From: the human T2T-CHM13v2.0 reference genome, Homo sapiens
Length of the DNA stretch: 64,000 bases
Strand: one strand, 5' to 3'
Assembly (NCBI RefSeq): GCF_009914755.1
Contig: NC_060936.1
Under the pieces are notes generated by a model. That model had not been told where the DNA came from and made no database searches. It saw only the letters and a list, made by a program, of their open reading frames with translations. Shown here piece after piece: positions 32,271 through 46,485 of the stretch. Both the position numbers and the translations under genes were made by a program. Numbering within the stretch: the stretch's first letter is position 1; every line of letters starts with the position of its first letter.

Positions 32271-33649
32271 CTTAAACAGTTCATTTTTCTGAATATGCTT
32301 CAATTAGAAGTTAAAATGATGCAATTTTAAAACATTGTTTCAAATGAACACTGTTAGGGAGAGAAGTGCTTCTTCTCCATATCTAATGTTTCTTCCATAT
32401 TTAGGGAGTTCCATTAGTTTAACACTTTAAGCCTCTCAGCATGCACCACAACCCCCGCACCACCCTAGCATATTGTCTTTCCTTCCCAAGGGGAGGCAAA
32501 GTGATGCATTTGATGGTCAGTTGGGTATGAATAATCTGGGCCTGCTTAACTTCGCTCCTCCTTTTCCCCCTTTGAAAGTTATCATCCCTCTTGGAATACT
32601 TGCTTCTCGGTAGGATTTTGTAATTTGGGGAGTTTTATCTCAAGACTCAACATTTGTACATATGCTTTCCATACTGAGAAAATTTGGTGTAGAATTTGTA
32701 AATAAACGTAATATGTCAAGAAGCTTCTCATAGGGTTTGAATTCATGAACCATGGACTTTGTGTGAGTAGCACACACCCCCTTTTTTGGTTGGTAAAATA
32801 TTATATTATGCCAAGAAGTTTTTTTAACATTATGTGGTTGGCATTTAACTGTTATGGCATGATGTTGGCAGTTGACTGCTGCTATGGCCATATTGTACAC
32901 AGGCAAGTGGCTATTTCATAGAAGCAGGACTGTACATGTGGGCAACTGCACTCAAATAATTTTTGGGCTGTGCACGTCTCAGCTATAGCATGGCAGTGGG
33001 AAGACTGGGGATGTGTAAAGAGGTATACTTCAAATTTCAGGAGAGGTATGTGCCGCTAGACCATTCTAAGCCTAATGGTGGAGGCTTTATAATGTAGGCT
33101 GCTGCATCTTACTTTGCAAGCATACCTGAAGCAAAGATTCAAGTCTAGGAAAAAGACAATCCTTCCACATTCGACAATGGAAGACAGAACAATATTAGTT
33201 GCTTTAAAGGCAAGACTGCTGAGTCCTACATACACTGTAGAACACTGGGGAAATAACAGTTGTAGATTGTTAGAGACAGTCTCTAGATAACCAGCACTCA
33301 ATCTGCTGCCCCAAATTCCACTCTGAATTTAGGACCAAGGAGGAACCCATGGAAAGACTTTCTTTGTCTATTTTGTGTTGCTATAATAGAATACCACAGA
33401 CTGGGTAATTTTTACAGAGGAGAAATTTATTTCTTACAGTTCTGGAGGCTGGGAACTCCAAGGTTAAGAAGCCCACTCTGGCAAGGGCTTTCTTGCTGTG
33501 TCGTCTCATGGCAGAGGGTGAAAGGGCAAGACAACATGCACATGTGAGAGTGGATGTAAGAGGGGTCTGAACTTGCTTTATAACAAGCCCACTCTCACAA
33601 TAACAAACACTCCTGCAATAATGACACTCATTCATGAGAGCAGAGTCCT

Positions 33650-34577
33650 ATGGTATTGTGAAATATATATTTGATCTTTGGCCCTGCTTCCTGGAATATA
33701 AGTTTTAAAATCCTTAGAAACTCCAAAATGATGTCTTTTTGTATGCTAAAGAGTTGACTGGTGGCTGGGAGCCCCTAGGTAACTTTAGGATGGAGGCTGG
33801 TCATTGAAAAGACCAAGCAGGACTAGAAGGCTGGGACTTTCAGCTCACCCTCAGCCTCCAGGAAGAAGAGAGGGGCTGAAAGTTATTGCCAATAGCCAGT
33901 GATTTAATAATCATGCTTATGTAGTGAAACTTTCATAAAAACCCCAAAAGACTGGGTTCAGAGAGGTTCTAGATAGCTGAACATGTACATTCCTACAGGA
34001 AGGTAAATAAGAACTCATCTACATGCTGGGAAGGTGGTGCGCCCCAACACCACCAGGATAGAAGCTTCTGTGCTTGTGACTCTTCCAGATCTTACCCTAT
34101 GTATAACTTCATCTGGCTGTTTACTTGTATCCTTTACAATATCCTTTGCAATAATCTGGTAAGTGTGAGTGTTTTCCTTAGTTCTGTGAGCTGCTCTAGC
34201 AAATTAATTGAACCTGAGGAGGGGATTGTGTAAACCCTAATTTATAGCCAGTTGGTCAGAAGCATAGACAAAATAACCTAAGGCTTGCAACTGGCATCAG
34301 AAGTAAGCAGGGAGGGGGTGGGCCCAAGTAAGCAGGGAGGGGGTGGGCCTTGGGAACTGACTCCTCAACTTTTAGAAACTGATGCTATCTCCAGGTAGAT
34401 AGTGTCAAAATTGAATTAGAGGACAGCCAGCTGGTGTCTGCTGCAGAATTAATTGCTTACTTATTGGTAGGGGAAAACCTCCACACATTTGTTCACAGAG
34501 GTCTTCTGTGTTGATTGTTGTTGTAGAGTGAGGAATAGAAAAGTCATTTTGAGTTTGAGTGAGCTTTTCCACACACA
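33650..34577 (+). mobile_element. MER21-type solo LTR
   Basis: Characteristic ggtattgtgaaatatatatttg start and gagttctgtgagctgctctagcaaatta-like body; boundaries approximate. Confidence 0.75.
34301..34349 (+). repeat. Perfect tandem duplication (24-bp core, 25-bp period) aagtaagcagggagggggtgggcc
   Basis: Read directly from the sequence. Confidence 0.9.
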
Positions 34578-37360
34578 GCCGTCATAACCTAATCACCCCT
34601 GAAAGGTCCCACTTCTCAACTTTGTTGCATTGGGGATTAAGTTGCTAGCACATGAACTTTTGGGAACACATTCAAATTATAGCAATGACTAACCTTGAAT
34701 TTGTGAGGTTTGTACACAGGTTCAAGAGTGGAAAATATTTAAGAATTACTGGGTGTGTTTCAAGGTGATCCTGTTATTGTAGGTAGCATGCAGGTGCTTT
34801 AAAGAAATGTGCCCAAGAAAATTTATGGAATTCAACAGCACAGGAAAAAAAAGGTACTAGGGAGAATAAATTAGTTTTCATGGAACACCCAAAAGTCAGT
34901 GGTTCTTGGTCTCAGCTCTATATTATACTCACTAATTAATTCAAAATGTCTAGGGGTGCAATCCAGGGATTGTATTGATATATTTCCTTGGGATAAAACA
35001 TGAAAAGTGCCTAGCCTTGAGCCTGACAGATAGCTGACATCTACTAAATAAATTGATTCCTGTATCAATTTCCTCTTCCACATACCATGGTCTTTCATTT
35101 TCCATTGAGGACTGGCTTAATTACATAAGGAATTTTAATTATCTTTCCACCTTTTTTTTTTCACAAGAACAGATAATCCAACATTGCAATGTAACCCATC
35201 AGCCTAAGAAAAGTCTTATTAAATGGCCATTTTTCTTTGAGACTTAGTGATCTAATAATTTCAACTGCGTTTCCTTCTTTTCGCCTCCCCTGAGTGAATA
35301 TCGTAAGCTTCCCAGATCTTTAACTAGCACCAACATTACAATTTGACCATAAAGATATAGAATAATTACATATGAGAGTAAGCTGGGTAGTAAGAAAAAT
35401 AAAATTTCTGCTTCCATTTTTCAAATATATGGTGTTTCCAAGATATTTTTAGATCTTTTATGGCTGGATGCTTCCCAGGAAAGAAAGTTGGCTCTTCCAT
35501 CAGAAAATCATTCATTTTATCTAAGGATTTTTAGATCTTTAGATCTTTTGAAAGTGCTTTCCAAAGCCAAAAATTCTGAATCCCTGAGGGATACTTAGCG
35601 AGGATAAAAAAAAAAGGTATTGGGGAGTCAGCCAGCATCACACAGATCCAGGCCCACAGCCTGTCTTAGAAGCCACAGTTCCAGCTTCTAGACCCATGAG
35701 ACTCCCTTGTTCTCAATTCAACCAGTACTGGTCACATCCTATTACTCATTACACACATTTGATACATATTTTATTTCTGAGTACTTACTGGGCTTAGTTT
35801 GCTTGACTTGCTTGTTTCTATATTAAATATTTTTTGGTTATTAAGAAAAGCCCAATTGCCAGTTATTATGGCTTTCAGTTATAAACTTCCTAATAATTTC
35901 TTGCTTGTTTATAACATTCCAGATAATTTTCATCTCTATTTTGCCATGAACCCTAACCTGTTTCCCAAAAGCATGATTTATGCAGAGAACAACATGTTCT
36001 ATTGGAATCACTTGAAATAGTGTTACAAATTACTCTTGGAGATACTGTGAGCCAGGTGCAATGTTGTGTTTGCCTTAGTTAGTTGTCGCTCTTGGCGCTG
36101 CCACAACTGATGCTCACATTGTATTAAGTAGACATGACTTATTTGGGGGTCACCTTGCCAGCAAAGCTGACAGAGCTATCACTCCACTTGTCTTGATGCA
36201 TGCTGTTTCACATTAGGACGATTCTAAATTACATTCCTTTTCATTTACTGTCTGTCATTTTATGCGGCTCTGTTCCTGGCCCACTGTCCCTTCTCTGTCT
36301 TTTTTATTCCACTATTTATATGACAACTGGATATCAGCCTTGGAAAGAGATTCTGAGCAGAAGATTTATCCTTCTGGGAGGTGTTCTTGTCAAAACCCAT
36401 TTCAAAAACTCAGAGCTTTGAAGATGAAGTTGTTGATGGGCCTAAACTTTCTCTGAAGTGTAAAGAAGCTTCATAATCAAAAACAAAGTTTGGTAAGTGT
36501 ATACTTAAATACTAAGTGTAATTATTTTTACAATAATAATGATGTTATAGCTACTAACACAGAATGCTAACTCTACTATATGTTCTAAACAATTTGCATG
36601 TATTGTCTTATTTAATCTCACAGCAGTCCTATAGAGATTTCTTTTATCCTTGGTCTTCAGACGAGGCACAGATAAATTAAGTAACATGCCCAACATCACT
36701 CAGCACCTAGATGTTACAGCCATTATTTTGAACCCTGACAAATCTGACTCCAGATTCAACAGCTCTTAATCACCTCCCATTGTAATAGAGAGAGAAGATT
36801 AAAATAGTAACTAAATAAACTCTCATGAAAAAGGACATGATATTCTAATCTCATCTCTTAGAATTAAGTCAATTGGTGGTAAATCACAGGTCTTACCAAC
36901 TTGTATTTATGGATGTGGCAATTTTATTTTCTTTTAAGATACATGGACTATTCCTTATCATTTTATCCAATAAACATTGGTTGGGCAAACATCTGCCAGT
37001 TACCATACTGTGCATGGATAGGTCACAAAGTAAAAAAAAAAAAAAAAAAAAAAAAGACACATTTCTGACCACAAGTTGTTCCCAATCAGATAAAAGAGGC
37101 AGAATGGAAATAAATCCGAAATAATATAGTGGGAGTAATGTTAGGAAGGGAGTGTACACAAAATATAAGGATGGGTGAAAGGAGACCACTTTATTTGGAT
37201 TCATGGTAACATGTCAACATACTCTAATGTTCAAGTATTATCCTCAGCAATTCAGCTACTCAAAAAGGATCTAAAACCCTGCTTTTTAGCCAAATCAACT
37301 TTTCCCCAAGAGATGGAGAATGGTATTATGGCTTGGATGTAAGCTGTGGAGCTAGGGTAG

Positions 37361-38103
37361 TGAGATGGGTTCCCTTGACCCCATGGGGCTTGTGAAGCGC
37401 TGGCTCGCTTACTCAGCCTGCAGTGCTCAAACCCCTTGAAAGAGGGGGAAGATGTAGGTGAGTGGGTGCAGGAGCTGGGGTGAGTGCCTTTGGGCACCAG
37501 CAGGAATAAACTCCTTACCAGCCCACAGCAGCGTCTAGGGGCTGTCCACAGCCTCTAGAGCCCCAGAGGGCATGTGTTACAGTGTGCTGTTTTAGCTTTG
37601 CTGTCTACAGACAACTTAAGTGTTAAACAGCTCAGTGGAGAGTCAGTGTGACAGCCTACTGCACCCGCAACTGGGTCCTTGTCCAGTGCCCAAGAGGAAT
37701 GAGGTCACACGGACTTGAAGGATGGTGAATGTGAAGATTTTATTGAGTGGTAAATGTGGCTGACAGCAGGATGGGGAACTGAAAAGGGGATAGAATGTGC
37801 AGGCAGTCTTCCCCTGGAGCTCAGCCAAACTCCTCTCCTTTCACAGTTTCTGATGTCCAGCAGCTTCTTCTCTTCTTGATGTTCAGATGCTTCTCTCTTC
37901 CGTGTGTGTATGAGCTGAGTTTGGGGTCTGGAGTTCTTATCGGCACAGGATGGGGGCATGCTGGGCCAAAAGGCAACATTCAGGTGGGAAAACAGGGAAG
38001 TAAAGTTCTCATTTAGGGCCGTGGGGCCCAGCTTTAGGGTGGAACCCTTGCCAGGGACTCCACCCTCTTCTACCCAGTATTTTCCAGCCTCCTGTCCATA
38101 TCA
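37361..38103 (-). mobile_element. ERV1 solo LTR (LTR1/LTR27/MER52-related) inserted in a MIR
   Basis: Minus-strand start tgatatggacaggaggctggaaaatactgggtagaagagggt; 4-bp TSD gtag. Confidence 0.8.
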
Positions 38104-38777
38104 GTAGCAGAGTTTGAATCCTGGCACTACTAATTTTGAGCAACTTACTTAACCTCACTGCATTTCAATTTTCTTATCTGTAAAATGAGCATAAGTTTAA
38201 TAATAGAATTATTGTAAGAACTGAATGAGTTAATATGCATGAATTCTTTAGAATAGTGCCAAACATATAATAAGTACTATGCTACATGTATTAGTTATTG
38301 TAATTATAAGTAAAATATCTATATTCAATGGAATATCTTTATAAAATAAAAATGGATACCATTCTGCAAATGTACTACGATGTTAATAATATATACTTAT
38401 TGAGCTGCTAATATATTCTAGGTACCATGCTAGGCTCTGGGGTAAAAGTTTAATTCAGCAGATCAGGAGTACCTAGGGAGTTTATAATAAAATGCAGACA
38501 ACAAAAAGCTAGCCAAATATATTAGGATAAGTGATATTTTAATATAATATGCTATGAAAAACATAAATAAATAAAAAAATTAATTTTATCCTGAATGGAT
38601 TCAGAAAAGCTTCATACAGTAGGGGACATCAGAGCTAGACCTTGAAGGAATCCAACAACATAAATATGAAAGTCATTCTGGGCATAGGGAGCAACATGGC
38701 AAAGATGTGAAGGGATAAGAATAGGAAGTTGAAGGCTCACGGGGTGCATATGGAGGAGGGTCTGCAGAAGAGCAGGG

Positions 38778-41094
38778 CGTATTAGTCCATTTTCACACTG
38801 CTGATAAAGACATACTTAAGACTGGGAAATTTACAAAAGAAAGAGGTTTAATGGACTTACAGTTCCACATGGCTGGGGAGGCCTCACAATCATGGTGGAA
38901 GGCAAGGAGGAGCAAGTAACATCTTACACAGATGGTGGTAAGCAAAGAGAGAGCTTGTGCAGGGAACTCCTGTTTTTAAAGCCATCAGATCTTGTGAGAC
39001 TCATTCACTATCATAAGAACAGAGCAGGAAAGACTCGCCCCTATAATTCAATCATCTCCCACCAGGTTCCTCCCATGATCACAGGGGAATTGTGGGAGTT
39101 AAAATTCAAGATGAGATTTGAGTGGGGACATAGCCAAACCATATCACTCTGCCCCTGGCCCCTCCCAAATCTCATGTCCTCACATTTCAAAACCAACCAT
39201 GCCTCCCCAACAGTCCCCCAAAGTCTTAACTCATTTCAGCATTAACTGAAAAGTCAACAGTCCAACATCTCATCTGAAGCAAAGCAAATGCCTTGTGCCT
39301 ATGAGCCTGTCAACTTAGTTACTTTCTAGACACAATGGGGATACAGGCATTGGGTAAATACAGCCATTCCAAATGAAAGAAATTGGCCAAAACAAAGGGC
39401 TACAGGCCCTAGGCAAGTCCAAAATCCATCAGAGCAGTCAAAGCTTAAAGCTCCAACATGATCTCCTTTGACTCCATGTCTTGCATGTGGGTCATGCTGA
39501 TGCAAAAGGTGGGTTCCCATGGTCGTGCGCAGCTCCACCTCTGTGGCTTTGCAGGGTACAGCCTCTTTCCAGGCTGCTTTCATGGGGTGGTGTTGAGTGT
39601 CTGCAGCTTTTCCAGGCACATGATACAAGCTGTCAGTGGATCTACCATTCTGGGGTCTGGAGGATGGTGGCCCTCTCCTCACAGCTCCACTAGGTGATGC
39701 CCCAGTAGGGACTCTGTGTGTGGGTTCCAACCCCATATTTTCCTTCCTCACTGTCCTAGCAGAGGTTCTCCAATGAGAGTGCTGCCCCTGCAGCAAACTT
39801 CTGCTTGGACATCCAGCTATTTCCATACATCCTCTGAAATCTAGGCAGAGGCTCCCAAACCTCAATTCTTGATTTCTGTGCACCTGCAGGCTTAATGTCA
39901 TGTGGAAGCTGTCAAGGTTTGGGGCTTACACCTTCTGAAGTCACAACCTGAGCTGTACTTTGGCCCCTTTTAGTCATAGCTGGAGCGGCTGGGATGCAGG
40001 GCACCAAACACAGCATGGGAACCCTGGGCCTGGTCCACAAAACCATTTTTTCTTCCTAGGTCTACAGGCCTGTGATGAGAGGCGCTGCCATGAAGACCTC
40101 TGATATGCCCTGGAGACATTTTCCCCATTGTCTTGGTGATTAACATTCAGATCCTTGTTACTTATGCAAATTCCTGCAGCCAGCTTTAATTTCTCCTCAG
40201 AAAATGGGATTTTATTTTCTATCACATTGTTAGGCTGCAAATTTTCTGAACTTTTATGCTCTGCTTCTGTTATAAAACTGAATGCCTTTAAGAGCACTCA
40301 AATCACTCTTGAATGCATTGCTGCTCGGAAATTTCTTCCACCAGATACCCTAAATCATTTCTCTCAAGTTCAAAGTTCCACAAATCTCTAGGACAAGAGC
40401 AAAATGCCACCAGTCTCTTTGCTAAAACATAACAAGAGTCACCTTTGCTCCAGTTCCCAACAAGTTCCTCATCTCCATCTGAGACCACCTCAGCCTGGAC
40501 CTTATTGCTCATATCACTATCAGCATTTTTGTCAAAGCTATTCAACAAGTCTCTAGGAAGTTCCAAAATTCCCCACATTTTTCTGTCTTCTTCTGAGCCC
40601 TCGAAACTGTTCCAACCTCTGCCTGTTATCCAGTTCCAAAGTTGCTTCCACATTACACATTTTTATATATCTTTTCAGCAATGCCCCATTCTCCTGATAG
40701 CAATTTATTGTATTAGTCCATTTTCATGCTGCTGATAAAGACATACCTGAGACTGGGAAGAAAAACAGTTTTAATGAACTTACAGTTCCACATGGCTGGA
40801 GAGGCCTCACAATCATGGTGGAAGGCAAGAAGGAGCAAGTCATGTCTTACATGGATGGCAGTGGGGCAAACAGAGAGCTTGTGCAGGGAAACTCCCATTT
40901 TTAAAACCATCAGATCTCATGAGACTCATTCACTATCATGAGAACAGCACAGGAAAGACCCACCCCCATAATTCAACCACCTCTCACTCCCATAATTCAA
41001 TCACCTCCCACTAGGTTCCTCCCATGACACGCAGGAATTGTGGGAGTTACAATTCAAGATGAGATTTGGGTGGGGACACAGCCAAACCATATCA
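38778..41094 (-). mobile_element. Complete THE1 (MaLR) provirus: LTR 38778-39146, internal region 39147-40708, LTR 40709-41094
   Basis: Both LTRs end in cagccaaaccatatca-type termini; THE1-int sequence between them; 5-bp TSD caggg (38773-38777 / 41095-41099). Subfamily is THE1B/C-like. Confidence 0.93.
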
Positions 41095-41986
41095 CAGGGA
41101 AAGGTGGAGTTGGTGCTTATGAAGGACCTGGTAGTCAGTAGAGGAGTAACCTTGAGAGAGAGTAATATAACACGATAACATCTGCATTAGATGGATCACT
41201 CCTGTAGCACCATGGGAAATGGATATAAAGAAGGAAAAAAAATGTAGAAAACCCATCACAAGATCATTGCAATGATCCTTCCTCAGGACGGATTGGGAGA
41301 GAGAAGATAGGATGGAAGTGACAGGAAAGCAGAGCAGTGGACAGATTTGAGAAGCATTTGCCAAGCTTTAATATACATATTGTATATCTAAATTAGTACA
41401 ATTGTACAGTCTTAAGCATAAGATAATTCCTACATTTCTGTGAAATGAAAGCAGCATTTCCATCTACACTGAATTATTAATTTGATGAGAGTTTACTTTT
41501 ATTTTGTTCTTGCTATATTCCTTAAGTAATTTAATCAAATTTAATATATTTTTAAATATTGTGGCTTGACCTTGGAAACCTGAAGGTAAAGAATGAGCCT
41601 ATTCTTAAATCTGAGTTTAATGTCCTTCAGGAGAGTAAAAATTTCTCTCATAATTGCCTTCAGTACAAAAACAATTAAGTTAAAGCCTAGGTGAACTATC
41701 ATAAGCAAATAAATGTTGACATTTAAAAATACAGCAGAAAACCAAACACATTTAAGAAGTTAGTACATGCAGAGATTCTAGTAATGGTAGGGAACTTACT
41801 TAAATATCTTTTCAATAACATTTATTATTTGAAGATGAGGAAACTGAGTGACTTGTAAAGGATACAAAACCGGCAAGGAGTCAGAGCCTGATCTAGGACC
41901 GACTCCAATCCAATTCACTTTTTAACACGGATTTCACTGTCTCCCGACAAGGATATTTTGTTATTCACATGTGTGATTCTCTAAAG

Positions 41987-42207
41987 CAGGATCTCTCAAT
42001 CACAGCAGTATTGACATTTTAGACTAAATAATTCTTTGTTGTGGGCATGTACCTGTACATTGTAGAAAGTTTAGCAGCATTCCTGGCCTCCACCCACTAG
42101 ATACTAGTAACATCCCCCTGCTACCCATTGTAGCAACCAAAATGTCTCCAGACATTGACAAATATCCCCTGAGAGGCAAAATGACCCCCTCCAGTAAAGA
42201 ACAACTG
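41987..42207 (+). mobile_element. MER20 hAT-Charlie MITE
   Basis: cag..tctctcaa...attgacatttt...aatgtctccagacattg...aacaactg. Confidence 0.85.
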
Positions 42208-42385
42208 TTCTAAGTCCTCTAGACCCCTAAAATATTGTGAACTTGGAGCTAAAATAGAAAGAATCCCAAAAACTCTCATATAATTTTAAATCTCAGTTAC
42301 ACTTTCTGCAATTTTCATATCCTTTTCTCAAAAAGTTCAGAATCTGTTTGCCTACTCTCTAACTCTCAATTTGCTATTACAGTCT

Positions 42386-42757
42386 TGTTAAAAGAAAAAT
42401 CACTGACAAGTTAAATTTAACAGAGCTTAATTGAGGAAAGAATAATTCACTGGAGTCAGAGAGACTCCAGCGCAGCCAGGTGGTGGAAGATTTATGGACA
42501 CAAAGGGAAGTGATGTACAGAAAATGGAAGTGAGGTACAGAAACAGCTGGATTGCTTACAGTTCTGTGTTTGCCTTACTTGAACCGAGTTTGAATAGTTG
42601 GCTGCCTTTAATTGGCCAAAACTGAGTGACTGGCACAAGAGTAGGTTATGGTTGGTTTACACACCCAGTTAGGTTACAGTTCACTGTGCACAGAGAAACC
42701 TTTAGGTAAAACTTAGACTCTGTAAGAAGGCATCTTTGGGCTAAACTTAATCTAACA
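42386..42757 (-). mobile_element. MER57-type ERV1 solo LTR
   Basis: tgttaaaagaaaaa...ctaaacttaatctaaca with 4-bp TSD gtct. Confidence 0.8.
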
Positions 42758-42769
42758 GTCTTTTCTTTC

Positions 42770-43591
42770 TGTCTGCTCTCAGCCCAGTCCTTGCCATTCT
42801 CAGCTCTGCTTCGGGTCAGAGGAAACTACATTTTCCAGGGCCACTTGTTTTCTGGTTTCTAGGTGGCCTCAGTCAATGGAAGTCTGAGAGAAGACTGAAG
42901 TGGGCGGGAGAGAAGCCAGGGCACTTCTCTCTGTCCTCTCTCTCTTCTTCTGATAATGAGTGCTACGTCTCCATGGCTCCTGTTCCTGTTAGTCTTTCTC
43001 TGGAATCCAAGCCATGGTTCATCTTCTACAACGTGGCCCTGGATCCTGGGCTCTGGTAACATTATCTCTGTTTCTCCAGTCCTAAGGGTAGTAGTAACTC
43101 CTACTGTTGCTAATCTCTGGTTTACTTTGCCTCCTAATTGTCCTCTTACTTTTTCCATCACCTCTGTAAGCAGTTACTATGGATTGAATTGTTTCCCCCT
43201 AAAATTCGTATGTTGAAGCCCCCATTGTGGCTGTATTTGGAGTAAGAAAGTAATTAATGTTAAATAAGGTCATAAGGGTGGAACCCTGGACTGATAGGAT
43301 TATTGTCTTTATAAGAAGACAAAACAGAGTGTACACTCTCTCTCTCTCTCTTTTTACCTTGTGAAGACACAGCAAGAAGTAGTTCAACTGCAAGCCAGGA
43401 AGACAGCCCTTACCAGGAACTGAATAGGCCAGCACCCCGATCCTTGACTTCTCAGACTCCAGAACTCTGAGAAAAAAAATTCTGTTATTTAAGCTACCTA
43501 GTCAGGTGTATTTTGTTATGACAGTCCAAGCTAATATAGGAGTTCATTGTTTGAAATAGCTGATGTTTTTCCATCAACCCTGACTAATACA
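42770..43591 (+). mobile_element. LTR33/ERVL-like LTR interrupted by MLT1A (about 43174-43538)
   Basis: Ends ccctgactaataca; the internal MLT1A reads ctatggattgaattgt...ctccagaactctgaga...tttgttatgacag. Confidence 0.65.
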
Positions 43592-43709
43592 AGTTCTTTA
43601 TATCATTGATACCATATAATATTTGTTGATCCTGTAATATGTAGCCAACATTATGCAAAAGACATGTTAATATTCATTTTCTCATCTATCCCAATAACAC
43701 CGTAACATA

Positions 43710-44681
<972 letters not shown>

Positions 44682-44881
44682 ACTATTTTTATCATTAATA
44701 CGGAAGCATAGAATAAGGGTGCCTAACCCAGCCCAAAGCTCCCCCAAGTTTCCTACTGCTTGGCAGCCACTCTAATCTGCTTGACAAGAACTGCTCTTAA
44801 TGTTTCTCCTCCTCAGAAGATGAGACTGAGTCTCTTATACTTTTCCAGTATCAGCATAAATTAGGACAAGAACTTTAGAAA

Positions 44882-45315
<434 letters not shown>

Positions 45316-45579
45316 TTACTCATAATTGTGACAAACTGAATGCAAACTATATACCCATCAACAGAAGAATGGATATATACACTGCGATATATTCATATGC
45401 AATGAAATGCTACATAGCAACTAGAATAAACTACAGCTACATGCAACAAATAGATGAATCTCACACTCAAGATGTTGAGTCAAAGAAGCCAGGGTGCACA
45501 CTTTATTATTCCATTTAGAGAAAATTCATGAACAGGCAAAACGAGTCTATGTCACAGAAGTCAGAAAAGTGGTTACCTT

Positions 45580-46485
45580 GGGGAGGAGCCAAGATGTCCG
45601 AATAGGAACAGCTCCGGTCTACAGCTCCCAGCGTGAGCGACACAGAAGACGGGTGATTTCTGCATTTCCATCTGAGGTACCGGGTTCATCTCACTAGGGA
45701 GTGCCAGACAGTGGGCGCAGGCCAGTGGGTGCGCGCACCGTGCGCGAGCCGAAGCAGGGCGAGGCATTGCCTCACTTGGGAAGCACAAGGGGTCAGGGAG
45801 TTCCCTTTCCGAGTCAAAGAAAGGGGTGACGGACGCACCTGGAAAATCAGGTCACTCCCACCCGAATATTGCGCTTTTCGGACCGGCTTAAAAAAACGGC
45901 GCACCACGAGATTATATCCGGCACCTGGCTGGGAGGGTCCTACCCTCACGGAGTCTCGCTGATTGCTAGCACAGCAGTCTGAGATCAAACTGCAAGGCGG
46001 CAACGAGGCTGGGGGAGGGGCGCCCGCCATTGCCCAGGCTTGCTTAGGTAAACAAAGCAGCCAGGAAGCTCAAACTGGGTGGAGCCCACCACAGCTCAAG
46101 GAGGCCTGCCTGCCTCTGTAGGCTCCACCTCTGGGGGCAGGGCACAGACAAACAAAAAGACAGCAGTAACCTCTGCAGACTTAAATGTCCCTGTCTGACA
46201 GCTTTGAAGAGAGCAGTGGTTCTCCCAGCACGCAGCTGGAGATCTGAGAACGGGCAGACTGCTTCCTCAAGTGGGTCCCTGACCCCTGACCCCCGAGCAG
46301 CCTAACTGGGAGGCACCCCCCAGCAGGGGCACACTGACACCTCACACGGCAGGGTATTCCAACAGACCTGCAGCTGAGGGTCCTGTCTGTTAGAAGGAAA
46401 ACTAGCAAACAGAAAGGACATCCACACCAAAAACCCATCTGCACATCACCATCATCAAAGACCAAAAGTAGATAAAACCACAAAG
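45580..46485. promoter_or_regulatory. L1 5'UTR CpG island with internal sense promoter and antisense promoter (ASP); YY1 site mutated
   Basis: Most consensus CpGs are retained. Reads aagatgTccg instead of aagatgGccg at 45597. Confidence 0.85.
45686..46030 (-). CDS. L1 ORF0 variant, extended to 114 aa by a frameshift
   Basis: Canonical ORF0 N-terminus MAGAPPPASLPPCSLISDCCASNQRDS; diverges after VVRRF at the A-run near 45890-45896. Expression is unknown. Confidence 0.55.
   Translation of the reverse strand: MAGAPPPASLPPCSLISDCCASNQRDSVRVGPSQPGAGYNLVVRRFFKPVRKAQYSGGSDLIFQVRPSPLSLTRKGNSLTPCASQVRQCLALLRLAHGARTHWPAPTVWHSLVR

Larger units (their letters stand above)
33366..34684 (-). mobile_element. 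MST-type MaLR LTR split by a MER21 insertion
   Basis: gaataccacagactgggtaattt...ttctggaggctggga start; the element resumes at ~34578 and ends cacattcaaattatagca. Confidence 0.75.

Noticed and set aside
37032-37055. Isolated long A-run (and T-run at ~21778-21804) as possible retro-insertions
   Set aside because: There is no flanking TSD, so simple homopolymer expansion is more likely.
38892-40941. Cluster of overlapping ORFs up to 191 aa
   Set aside because: All lie within THE1 LTR or internal sequence and are decayed MaLR frames.
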